Positions 26,601-38,800 of a stretch of DNA of 64,000 nucleotides are shown here, one piece after another. Position 1 is the stretch's first letter. Every line of letters starts with the position of its first letter. The stretch is from the NCBI RefSeq assembly GCF_000181795.1, contig NW_003526941.1, forward strand, positions 7,691,741-7,755,740. Reading direction: 5' to 3'. Position numbers and translations under genes: made by a program. The DNA comes from Trichinella spiralis. Taxonomy: Eukaryota. The notes beneath the pieces are model-generated. The model did not search any database. It saw only the letters and a program-made list of their open reading frames with translations, and was not told the DNA's origin.

Positions 26601-27158
26601 TACTCCACCATTATTTTTCACTTTTTGAATAGTGATCAAAATACATATGTTTGTTCAATTTTCCCGTCCATCTGAAATTTTTTTCTCAAATCATGATTAC
26701 TTTCACAAAATTTAGCTTCTAAGTGAGCATCTTATATAAATTTAGACAGCTTTTATAAATTTTTATTTCATGTTCTTTACAACATTTCATAGGAGGATGA
26801 TAAAAAAAGGTGTAATTTTTGCCATTTTCCACGTCAATTTTTCCTCACTTAGGCATTGCATTCCAATTATACTGCTGATGAAAAATTATATCAGTTATCG
26901 ATAGCAGTAATGAGAAAGGTTAAGCTTGTTTGCTTTTTGATTATCCTCATTGGCCCGATTGTTAGCAGTGCTCTGTACCCGCATTTATGCAATTCATATT
27001 GAGAAGAGATTGCGTTGAGGACCACACCAAGTAGAACAACACAACACAACAGAGAAATGAGGTTTCCGGTGGATCCCAATTATGCTAACTTCGGCTAGGA
27101 ATACTTGAAAAGGGTAAGGGTGTGCCTCAGTTTATTTAATTTAGTTAGGCTTCAAGTA

Positions 27159-30150
27159 GCATTATCTGTATCATAGTCCATCGAAAATCACACTTTTCAT
27201 TAGCTAAACAAGCTGTCATTTGCAAATTATTCAATTGAAAGCGTCATTTTGTATAAGAAATCAACTTCCATTTATGTGGGGCATTTTTGAATTTTGGAAT
27301 CTCAAATTGAAACATGCGAAGGGGTGTTTTGACTAAGTCATTGTTTTTATTATGGCGTTTTTTGCCAGATAGTTTATATTTTGACTGAATTGTAAATATC
27401 GAGGTCATTTTTGAATTTTCAAATAGTCCTTATTGGTAGAATTTTTCCTCAGTAAGAAGTTCCAATGCGCAAAAACCGGTTTTGAACGCTCAGCTATGCA
27501 AATAACGATCGCCATTAAGGTGCCTTATCGTCAGTTAGGGCGCACTCGTTCGTTTGACTACGTGGCAAGTGGTAGCGTTGTAAAACGTTCTCCGAGTTCA
27601 TGACGCTGAATAGTTGCTGAAGTCGATTTTCAATTGCTGAAAAGTAATTCCTCCTTCTTTCTACTTGTGTTACTTTTTCTCGAATCATTTAAATACTCAT
27701 TTTTAAATAATTATCTTTGAATTAAAAAACAGATAATTATTATATTTCTAAATGCAGTTTTTAAATTGTTGCTACTTTTTCTTCGTGATAAAGCGAGAAC
27801 ATTTTTGATTTTACATTTAACGTTTTTACAGATATGAACCAAAATGAAAAAAAGTGAAAACGCTGTCGACACGAGTGAAACGCGAACGGCACGAAGCAGA
27901 ATAATACAAGAGAAAAAGTATGTGCGGTTTCTTGTTGTCTTGATTCTGGGAAACTGAATTCGAAACGGCGAACTTAATTCCTATTTTTAATTAAGTTACT
28001 TAGGTTTGTGGCATGTAAGATGTAAATAAGGTATTTTTTGCTGCGAAATTCCATCTTTAGACTTTCATATTAGGTTGTGACTAGGTAAGAGTTCATTTTC
28101 ATAAAGTATTTCTATCGCCCTTAAACCACTTTTAATACTGCGAGCGTTGCCTCTGTCCATTGAGCACATCTGCTTCTATCGAAAATCTTTTTTTTCATTA
28201 GCTGAACAAGCTGTCACTTCCAAGTTATTCAGTTCAATGCGTCTTTTTGTATTAGAAGTAAACTTCCATTTATGTAGGGCATTTTTGAATTTTGAAATCT
28301 CAAATTGAAACAAGCGGTGTGTTTTGACTAAGTCAATGTTTTTATTATGGCGTTTTCTGCCAGATAGTTTATAATTTAAGTGAATTGTAAACGTCGAGGT
28401 CATTTTCGAATTTTCAAATAGTCGTTATTAGTAGAATTTATCCTCAGTAAGAAGTTCCAATGCACAAAAACCGGTTTTGAACGCTGCACTATGCAAATAA
28501 CGATCGCTATAAATGTGCCTTATTGTCAGTTAGGGCGCACTCGTTCGTTTGACTACGTTGCAAGTGGTAGCGTTGTAAAACGTTCTGTGAGTTCATGACG
28601 CTGAATAGCTGCTGAAGTCGATTTTAAGTTGCTCCAAAGTAATTCCTCCTTGTTTCTATTTGTGTTACTTTTTTTCAAATTAGTTTGTACTTATTTCTGA
28701 ACGTTACCGTTTAAGTAAAATTAGTTAATTATTAAATTTGAAAATTCAGTTTTCAATTTGTTGTTACTTTTACTACGAGATGAAGCGACAACATTTTTGA
28801 TTTAAAGCTTAACATTTTTACAGATGTAAACAATGAAGAAAAAAAGTGAAAACGCTGTCGACGCGAAGCAAAATGCGGACGGCATGAGGCTGAACAATGA
28901 AAGAGAAAAAGTATGTGCGGTTTATTGTTTGTCTTGATTCTGTAAGACTGAATTCGAAAGGGCGAAGTTAATTACTATGTTAAATTGAGTTAGTTAAGCT
29001 TGTTATATTGTAAAATGTAAGTAAGATATTTTTCACTGCGAAATTCCATCTTTTGACTTTTATATTAGGTTGTGACTAGGTAAGAGTTCATCTTCATAAA
29101 GTATTTCTGTCGCCCTTAAACCACTTTTAATACTGCGAGCGTTGCCTCTGTCCATTGAGCACATCAGCTTCTATCGAAAATCTTTTTTTTCATTAGCTGA
29201 ACAAGCTGTCACTTCCAAATTATTCAATTCAATGCGTCTTTTTGTATAAGAAAGCAACTTCCATTTATGTAGGGCATTTTTGAATTTTGAAATCACAAAT
29301 CCAAACGTGCGTAGGCGTGTTTTGACTAAATCAATGTTTTTATTATGGCGTTTTCTGCCAGATAGTTTATATTTTGACTGAATTGTAAAGTCAAGGTCAG
29401 TTTTGAATTTTCAAATAGTTTTNNNNNNTNNNNNTNNGCANNNNNNNNCANTTTTTTTCAACNNNNNNNNNNNNNTNNNNNNNNANNNNNNNNNNNNNNN
29501 NNNNNTTNCNGNNNNNCNNNNNATGAAATTTTNNNNNNTNNTTNNNNNNNNNNNNTNNNNNNNNNNTTCNCCNTNNNNANNNNNNTNNNNANNNNNNCAA
29601 CCCGGTTTCTAACGCTGCGCTATGCAAATAAAGATCGCCATAAAGGTGCCTTATCGTCAGTTAGAGTGCACTCGTTCGTTTGACTTACGTGGCAAGCGGT
29701 AGCGTCGTGAAACGTTCTCTGAGCTTATTTACGGCCTTCCATCTTTAATTGTTGAAAGTATTCCATATTTCTCGTTCTGTTAATTTTTTTTCGAAACGCT
29801 CATTATAATCATTTCGTTAACGTTATTTTTAATTGAAAATCTGTTACTTTTTCTATTTGAAAATTCATTGTTCAATTTTTCAATTTTGATATGTGATAAA
29901 GGGACAAAATTTTTGACTTAACATTTAACATTCTTATAGATATGAACAATGAAGAAAAGAAAAAGCGAAAGCACGGGCGATTCGTAGAGCAAGCAGATCA
30001 CGCACGACACGAAACGGATCGTGGACGACACGAAGCAGAACAAGAAAAGACAAAAGGTATATGTGGTTCCCCGTGGGTCCAAATTCTGTAGGTCTGGGCT
30101 AGGGATACTTCGAAAGGGTGAAGTTATCCCATAGTTTTAATTAAGTTAAC
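27159..30150 (+). repeat. Left array of ~3 tandem ~1-kb repeat units
   Basis: The anchor aagctgtca recurs at ~27210, ~28208 and ~29203. The anchor ctatgcaaataa recurs at ~27494, ~28489 and ~29620. The third copy is gappy and diverged. Confidence 0.92.
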
Positions 30151-31464
30151 GACAAACCTACATGGCTGAGTTTTGAGTTAATGCAGTACTTGGTCTTTCA
30201 CGCAGCAAAATTTGCGTATGCAATTGCTTTCCTGTGTCGAAATAGTTTTTGATTTTTGTTCATGTTGTAATTTTTCTTTTTCTTTTTTTACATAGTTTAA
30301 TTTTGTACCATTTCATCTGCGAATTCTTTTTATTTTATTTTTATTTTTTTCTTAATCATTTTAACTTTATTTTACACATTTTATACATTATTTCTTTTGA
30401 TTATTTTCTATTTTCACTTTTTTTCTTCTTATTGTACATTTTATTATTTTTTTCAATTTATTTCTCCAAATATTTTTCCTCTGATTCTTTTACTTTAACT
30501 TTGTAAAAACTCTGACACATGAAAAGCATTGCATACAAATACGTAAACACGTAATAAACCGTAATGTACATGGAGAAGAAAGAAGAAAAGTGGAGCAAGC
30601 CACGAGCGGGGGAACGGATGGTCGGTAGGTTGGATCGAATCGTTTGTTGGTCGATTGCGTTCATTGGTCAACTGAGGTAAGTATCGACACGTTGGAGAAG
30701 ATGCGATTTGTCGAAGTCGAGTGTGAAAGGTTCTTCATTACAAAGACACAATGAATAAAATATGTTACCATGTTTACAGACGTAACAAAAGGCCAATGCT
30801 GCGTTAATTCATAACGATGAAGATGATGTAGGATTAGTTGATAGGGGAATCATGTTTGCCATTACTAGTTGCCAGCCAGCAATATTAATTAGTTTATAGG
30901 AACAAGAACAAAATTGTTAAAATGGGGAAAATAAAATTAATACACGTAACGCAAGTAAAATTAATAATAATGTATATAAAAGTAAGAAAAAATAAGTTTT
31001 TTCTTTTAATATAAACCAAGAACAATGCAACAACAACAATTCTTTATTAATGAAACATTTTATTTTTCACAAAAAGTTTTTTTGTAATAAATGTACAATG
31101 TAATACAAACAAACAGATAAAAGTCTGGCATAAATGAGCTCTGCGAAATGGCAAACATGCCTGGAGTGGGACTTGAAATATTTAAAGCAGGTGGAGGATG
31201 GAGAGACCAAAAATGGGCCCCATCCTGGAGCGTGAAGCTCCCTTCCCTTAGACAAGGGAGAGTGCAAACTCTTCCTTGCTCTTTGGGCAGGCAGAGCGCA
31301 CGCTCCCCTTCCCTGGAGCGGGGAAAGCCTAGGCTTTCCGCGCTAAAGAGGCGGGTGAGACTTAGTTGTTTCACCTGCCTCAGATGTGCGGGAAGTTTAG
31401 TTTTTTCTCCGCTCCAAGGGTAGGGGGAGATAGTGCGTTTTTTGCCTGCCCAACAGAGTGGGGG

Positions 31465-33625
31465 AGATTTTGCATTTTTCCTTGTCTTTAAGGGGGAGGA
31501 GATTCGCGCTTTCCATTTTAAAAATTCAATACTAAAGGAGATCACTGTTATTCGTGTTTTTTTAAATTTTTTTTAAAAAAAAAGTTTTTGGTTGCGGTGG
31601 GGACCTGCCCCCCCTAGCTCTCCTGCCCCGTATTGTCCCCCCCACCAAGCCCTGCCCCGGAGTCCCCCACGGCCTCATCGTCTCTAAGTTCCCGTGCCGT
31701 CCTTCACGACTTTTTCCAAGATGACCCTGTCGGATCAGGAACCTGATCCGCCGAAGACGTAGTCCCGCAACAGATGGCGTGCGCTGCTAGTGAATGCAAA
31801 TATCACACTGGCTCTGTGCTCAATGTATCCTCATGCCCAATCCAAATGGCNNNNNNNNNNNNNNNNNNNNNNNNNNNNNNNNNNNNNNNNNCATCTACGT
31901 TGCATTTTAATTTTTCTAATTAGCATAGTAAAATTAATCTCATGCTTAGTACAGTGCTTTCCTACATGTTCCGGATTAATAAAAAGTCTATTTATGGAAG
32001 ATTAATTCCTATTTAAAAAAAGATTTAAAACTTGTTGCACCTTGCCTAAGCTAAATTGTTTATTTTATTTATTCCAAGTTTACGATTATCTTTACATAAT
32101 TAAAAAAGACCCCAATTAACACTTTTAATCAATAATTAATAAATATATTTATGTTAATTTAATGTTTACCATATTACTTCCCTTTTAATTAATTGTTTAT
32201 ATTACATTGTTTTAAACTAGAAAGTTGCTTTTATGTTACATTGTTTTAAGGAAAAAACTGCTTTTACACTAAAAAATATCTACTTAAACTTAATAAATAA
32301 AAAATACATTTTATAAGATTAAATGTAAATTAAAAATGGATTAAACTTATCTAATTTAACAATCATTACATTTGGTATTTATTTGGTGAATGAAAATTAT
32401 ATTTTATTTAACATTTAAATTTTTTACGGAATAAATTTATGTATAAATGTTTAACTAATGTAAACTATTTAACACGTTTATAAGGAAAATATAGGCGGAA
32501 ATTAATTTTAACTTTATTGTGCCTAAACTGATGAAAGGTGCAACGCCAAATAAACTAGTTANNNNNNNNNNCAGAAGCGGGGGGAGATTTTGCATTTTTC
32601 CTTGTCTTTAAGGGGGAGGAGATTCGCGCTTTCCATTTTAAAAATTCAATACTAAAGGAGATCACTGTTATTCGTGTTTTTTTAAATTTTTTTTAAAAAA
32701 GTTTTTGGTTGCGGTGGGGACCTGCCCCCCTAGCTCTCCTGTCCCGTATTGTCCCCCCCACCAAGCCCTGCCCCGGAGTCCCCCACGGCCTCATCGCCTC
32801 TAAGTTCCCGTGCCGGCCTTCACGACTTTTTCCAAGATGACCCTGTCGGATCAGGGAACCCGATCCGCCGAAGACGTAGTCCCGCACCAGATGGCGTGCG
32901 CTGTTAAGTGAATGCAAATTATCACACTGGCTCTGTGCTCTATGTATCCCTCATGCACATCTAAATTGCCGTCACACCTGACACTCAATATTACTGTACT
33001 GTCCTGCAGAGCCATTTCATGTTTGCATACTTACCGTATGATTTACAACTCATCATTATAAATTTACCGTATTACTCCTGCTTATATTTTTAATAAAAAT
33101 GATAACTAAAAGCCTGTTGTTTCGTGTTACGTAATAATTTCCTAATTAAATGTACAATTAAAAAAATATTACAACTCACTTGTGTATTTACATTGTTTGT
33201 TATACATCCTAATTATTTATCAAAAAACTCTCATTGCTGAAATATGTCGTTACGAGTGACGTCATTTATTCTAATTAAAAAATAATACAACTCATTTTTG
33301 TATTTACATTGTATGCTAAACATCCTAATTATTTTTTAAAACTCTCATTGCTGAAATATGTCGTTACTAGTGACGTCATTTAACCTAATTAAAAATTTAA
33401 AAAATACTCTCAACATTGCATTTACGTTGCATTGTAATTTTTCTAATTAGTATATTAAAATTAATCTCATGCTTAGTACATTGCTTTCCTACATGTTACG
33501 GATTAATAAAAATTCTATTTATAGAAGATTAATTCCTATTGTAAAAAGAGATCAAACACTTGTTGCACCTTGCCTACGCTCATTGTTTATTTCATTTATT
33601 CCAAGACTACCATTATCTTCACATA
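31465..33625. repeat. Second repeat family in the core: GC-rich block 31465-31850 repeated at ~32572-32970; AT-rich block ~31892-32100 repeated at ~33420-33625
   Basis: Near-identical text, e.g. gggggagattttgcatttttccttgtctttaaggggg...gaagacgtagtcccgc, occurs twice. The copies are separated by N gaps. Confidence 0.85.
33165..33400. repeat. Two tandem ~120-bp units, each containing a TGACGTCA palindrome
   Basis: acaactca...tgtatttacattgt...actctcattgctgaaatatgtcgttac.agtgacgtcattta occurs twice. Confidence 0.85.
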
Positions 33626-34547
33626 NNNNNNNNNNNNNNNNNNNNNNNNNNNNNNNNNNNNNNNNNNNNNNNNNNNNNNNNNNNNNNNNNNNNNNNNNNN
33701 NNNNNNNNNNNNNNNNNNNNNNNNNNNNNNNNNNNNNNNNNNNNNNNNNNNNNNNNNNNNNNNNNNNNNNNNNNNNNNNNNNNNNNNNNNNNNNNNNNNN
33801 NNNNNNNNNNNNNNNNNNNNNNNNNNNNNNNNNNNNNNNNNNNNNNNNNNNNNNNNNNNNNNNNNNNNNNNNNNNNNNNNNNNNNNNNNNNNNNNNNNNN
33901 NNNNNNNNNNNNNNNNNNNNNNNNNNNNNNNNNNNNNNNNNNNNNNNNNNNNNNNNNNNNNNNNNNNNNNNNNNNNNNNNNNNNNNNNNNNNNNNNNNNN
34001 NNNNNNNNNNNNNNNNNNNNNNNNNNNNNNNNNNNNNNNNNNNNNNNNNNNNNNNNNNNNNNNNNNNNNNNNNNNNNNNNNNNNNNNNNNNNNNNNNNNN
34101 NNNNNNNNNNNNNNNNNNNNNNNNNNNNNNNNNNNNNNNNNNNNNNNNNNNNNNNNNNNNNNNNNNNNNNNNNNNNNNNNNNNNNNNNNNNNNNNNNNNN
34201 NNNNNNNNNNNNNNNNNNNNNNNNNNNNNNNNNNNNNNNNNNNNNNNNNNNNNNNNNNNNNNNNNNNNNNNNNNNNNNNNNNNNNNNNNNNNNNNNNNNN
34301 NNNNNNNNNNNNNNNNNNNNNNNNNNNNNNNNNNNNNNNNNNNNNNNNNNNNNNNNNNNNNNNNNNNNNNNNNNNNNNNNNNNNNNNNNNNNNNNNNNNN
34401 NNNNNNNNNNNNNNNNNNNNNNNNNNNNNNNNNNNNNNNNNNNNNNNNNNNNNNNNNNNNNNNNNNNNNNNNNNNNNNNNNNNNNNNNNNNNNNNNNNNN
34501 NNNNNNNNNNNNNNNNNNNNNNNNNNNNNNNNNNNNNNNNNNNNNNN
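33626..34547. other. Assembly gap (N run); smaller gaps at ~29423-29597, 31851-31891, 32562-32571, 37218-37227, 38009-38018
   Basis: Runs of n. Confidence 1.
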
Positions 34548-35879
34548 AACAACGCTTACCTTTGATTGGAGCCGAAAACAGAGTCCCAGCAATACGTCCA
34601 CTGTGAAATTGGCGAATGTGCCTATAGGACAGACACGACTTATGAATTCACACAGATGTTGAAATCCCATAGCGGAGTGCAATGCTACAGGCTTCACATC
34701 TGGGACCATTCCTTTACGAAATGGACAGAGTCATCTCTTGAAAGTCGATCCAGCCAGCACGGGAACTTGTGCAATGAGGCTCAGCCGTGGGGGCCCCCGT
34801 TAAAGGGCAGGGGAGCGAGGGGCGGCGCAGGGGCAGTTGAGCTAGGCTTGACCTTGTTTCCAAGGCGGCAGGCCTCTGGTACCGCAACCGGGTGAGGAAG
34901 AGGTGAGCTGTGAAAATATGGACTTTCATCATTTGAGACGGTTAGGGTCGCGTCGTGCAGTGTAACCCATCGAACTCCTGCACACCACCCTATCTCACAT
35001 TCCTCCTATCCTTGCACTGCTATTCTCAAACATTTACTTATTCTAATACTCAAACTATAGCAGTGCTAAAAACTCACTATGCTCAAAAATTGTCTTTTGA
35101 AATGGTCGACAAATTATTCAACCATTTCTCTTTCCGCAAATGAACCCTAAACTCAACTCGACAAGGCATGGGACATGAAAACGTTCAAATGCAGAAAGCC
35201 ACTCAAATTCATTAAAATAATACTCATGATCTATGTCCAATTAGTCTACTTAACAAACATCTGAATTAAATGCTCGATAACTTACAGCTCGAGTTTATAT
35301 AAATTACAGACTCAAGAACTGCTCAGTGAAGTTTAACTAATTAACCTAACTCAACAAATTATACTTACCCAACTTACCCTCGTCTTCCGGTCGTTCGCGT
35401 CCTTCTTCTATTCTTCTGTTTCTAAATGTAGAAGAATTAGTCCAATGAAATAATGCTATAATAAATAAAAAACAAAGCCGTTTTTATTGCTATTCCTCGT
35501 CCGTCATCGCATTGAAAACGCCATTGTTCATTCGCCGCACATCGATCGCCTACAATTATTTCAAATAAATTTCAAGAGTCACGAAAAAATTTGCATAACG
35601 TTCATTTCTACTAATTAACAAGTATCAATCGCATTTTTCATTTCGCTAAGCAAACATTATTCAAGTCACATAAGTTCAAAAGCAAACAAAATGCGGTTGC
35701 ACGCAAATTTGCATTCAAACTAGACAACCCCTATGTTTGCAAAGATAAATTTCTTCAAACTCTAAAAGCATATCTTACTTTGTGCTGAACGCTCAAATAA
35801 ATTGAGCAAATGCTACTAAACGCTGCCGTTAGTCAACAAAGTCAATTTAACTCGCCCACTGTTAATATGAAGGCAATTT

Positions 35880-38800
35880 TCAGACCGCCCCTATTTGCAT
35901 AAAAGTCAGATATTGTGCGCGTTGCGCTGAAAAGCGTTTTACGTGCGCTGAATAAGCTACTCAAAAATGAACAGGAACGCAGTGCGAAAAATGAAGGTTT
36001 GAAATGAATTGAAAAAAAATTCAAATGCACTGCCAAATTCAATCAATGAAAACTACTGAAAATTCAAAAATTACCTCGACGTTTACAATTCAGTTAAATT
36101 ATAAACTATTTGGCTGAAAACGCCATAATAAAAACATTGACTTAGTCAAAACATGCCTTCGCACCATTCAATTTGAGATTTCAAAATTCAAAACTGCCCT
36201 ACGCAAATGATAGTTTTTTTCTTATACCAAAAGACGCTTTCAACTGAATAATTTGCAAGTGACAGGTGGTTTAGCTAATGGAAAGTGTGAATTTCGATGG
36301 ATGCTGATGCGCTTAATAGACAGACGCAAGGCTCGCAGTATTAAAAGTGATTTTAAGGGGATAGAAATACTTTCTAAAGATAAACTGTTACCTAGTCTCC
36401 ACATAATATAAAAGTCTAAAGATGGAATTTCACAGCAAAAAATAGTTTATTTACATCTTACATACCACAAGCTTAAGTAACTTAATTTAAAACAGGAATT
36501 AAGTTCGCCGTTTCGAATTCAGCATTACAGAATCAAGACAACAAGAAACCGCACATACCTTTTCTCTTTTATTGTTCTGCTTCGTGCCGTCAGCGTTTCG
36601 CTTCGTGTCGACAGCGTTTTCACTTTTCCATATGCTTCATATCTGTGAAAACGTTAAATGTAAAATGAAAAATGTTTTCGCTTCCTCACGAAGAAAAAGT
36701 AGCAACAATTTAAAAACTGTATTTAGAAATATAATTATCTGCTTTTTCATTCAAAGATAATTATTTAAAAATGAGTATTTAAATGATTCGAGAAAAAGTA
36801 ACACAAGTAGAAAGGAGGAGGAATTACTTTGGAGCAATTAAAAATCGACTTCAGCAACTATTCAGCGTCATGTACTCAAAGAACATTTTACAACGCAACT
36901 ACCATTTGCCACGTAAGTCAAACGAACGAATGCGCCCTTACTGACGATAAGGCACCTTTGTGGTGATCGTCATTTGCATAGCGCAGCGCTGGAAACCGGT
37001 TTTAGCGTATTGAAACTTCTTACTGAAGATAATATCTAACCTATGCCGCAATGTAATATGAACAAGAGAAATGCATTGTTCAATTCTACCAATAAGAACT
37101 ATTTGAAAATTCAAAAATGACCTTAACGTTTACAATTCAGTTGAAATATAAACTATCTGGCAGAAAACGCCATAATTAAAACAATGACTTAGTCAAAACA
37201 CGCCTTCGCATGTTTCANNNNNNNNNNTTCATTCAAAATATAAACTATCCAGGCATAAAACACCATAACAAAAACATTGACGTACTCAAAACACACCTCC
37301 GCACGTTTCGTTTTGAGATTTCAAAATTCAAAAATGCCCTACATAAATGGAAGTTGTTTTATTATACAAAAAGTTGCTTTCAATTGGATAATTTTCAAGT
37401 GACTGCTTGTTTAGCTAATAAAAACATAATTTTCGATGGACTGCGATATAGATAATGCACCATTAATGAAACTGTTTTGACATGGATGTTTGAAGTGAAC
37501 GAACACAATCGTAGAAATGAAGTCTGAAGAATTTTTCACATCTCAAAGCAATATTGTATGGTCCTACCTACTATATAAATATTTATGGTACTGTTGAACA
37601 GACGTACCATGTAGTGAAAGTTTTTATAATATGAAAAGGATTAGAAATAAAAAAATATTACCTTCAGAAAAGTAAAATTAACTTTATTGTATCTGAAAGT
37701 GTGCACATACAAAACGTAATGCTAATGATAAAAAAATTCCATCTTTCACTCATTTTACTGTTTTGCATAACCTTTGTTCATTACATTGAATTCTTGTCTC
37801 AGGCAGGTATGGTCGTAGTACAGCAATTGCATATACATATTCTGATGATGTTACTTTTGAATACTTTTGAATTCACATTTATATTTCCATTTTGTTTATT
37901 TCTATTCTGTGAAACATTATAGCTGTAATTTGAATGAAGTTACAAAAATTGCTTTAGGGTATATATGCATTAACTTGTCTGCTTCCACTATTTGGAATTG
38001 CTGCTTTTNNNNNNNNNNATGAACAAGAGACATGCATTGTTCAATTCTACCAATAAGAACTATTTGAAAGTTCAAAAATGACCTTAACGTTTACAATTCA
38101 GTTGAAATATAAACTATCTGGCAGAAAACGCCATAATTAAAACAATGACTTAGTCAAAACACGCCTTCGCATGTTTCAATTTGAGATTTTAAAATTCAAA
38201 AATGCCCTACATAAATGGAAGTTGATTTCTTATACAAAATGACGCTTTCAATTGAATAATTTGCAAATGACAGCTTGTTTAGCTAATGAAAAGATGATTT
38301 TCGATAGATGCTGATGTGCTTAATAGACAGACGCTAGGCACGCAGTATTAGAAATGATTTCAGGGAGATAGAAATACTTTATAAAGATGAATTGTAACAT
38401 AGTCGCAACATAATATAAAAGTTAAAAGATGGAATTTCGCTGTAAAAAAATCTTACTTATATCTTACAAACAACAAGCTTAACCAACTTAATTTAACATA
38501 AAAAGAACTTCATCTCATTAAATTCAGTCTTTCAGAATCAAAACAAACAAACTGCACATACTTTTTCTCTTTTATTGTTCTGCTTCGTGCCGTCCGCGTT
38601 TTTTTCCTGTCGACAGCACTTTCACTTTTTGTCTTCATTGTTTACATCTATAAAAATGTTAAACATTAAATGAAAAATGTTGTCGCTTCATCACGTAGTG
38701 AAAGTAACACAAAATTGAAAAGTGAATTTTCAAATTTAATAATTAACTGATTTTACTTAAGCGGTAACGTTCAGAAATGAGTACAAACTAACTTGAAAAA

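Noticed and set aside
33469..34709. Long ORFs of 318-397 aa in the ORF track
   Set aside because: They are artefacts of translating through N runs.
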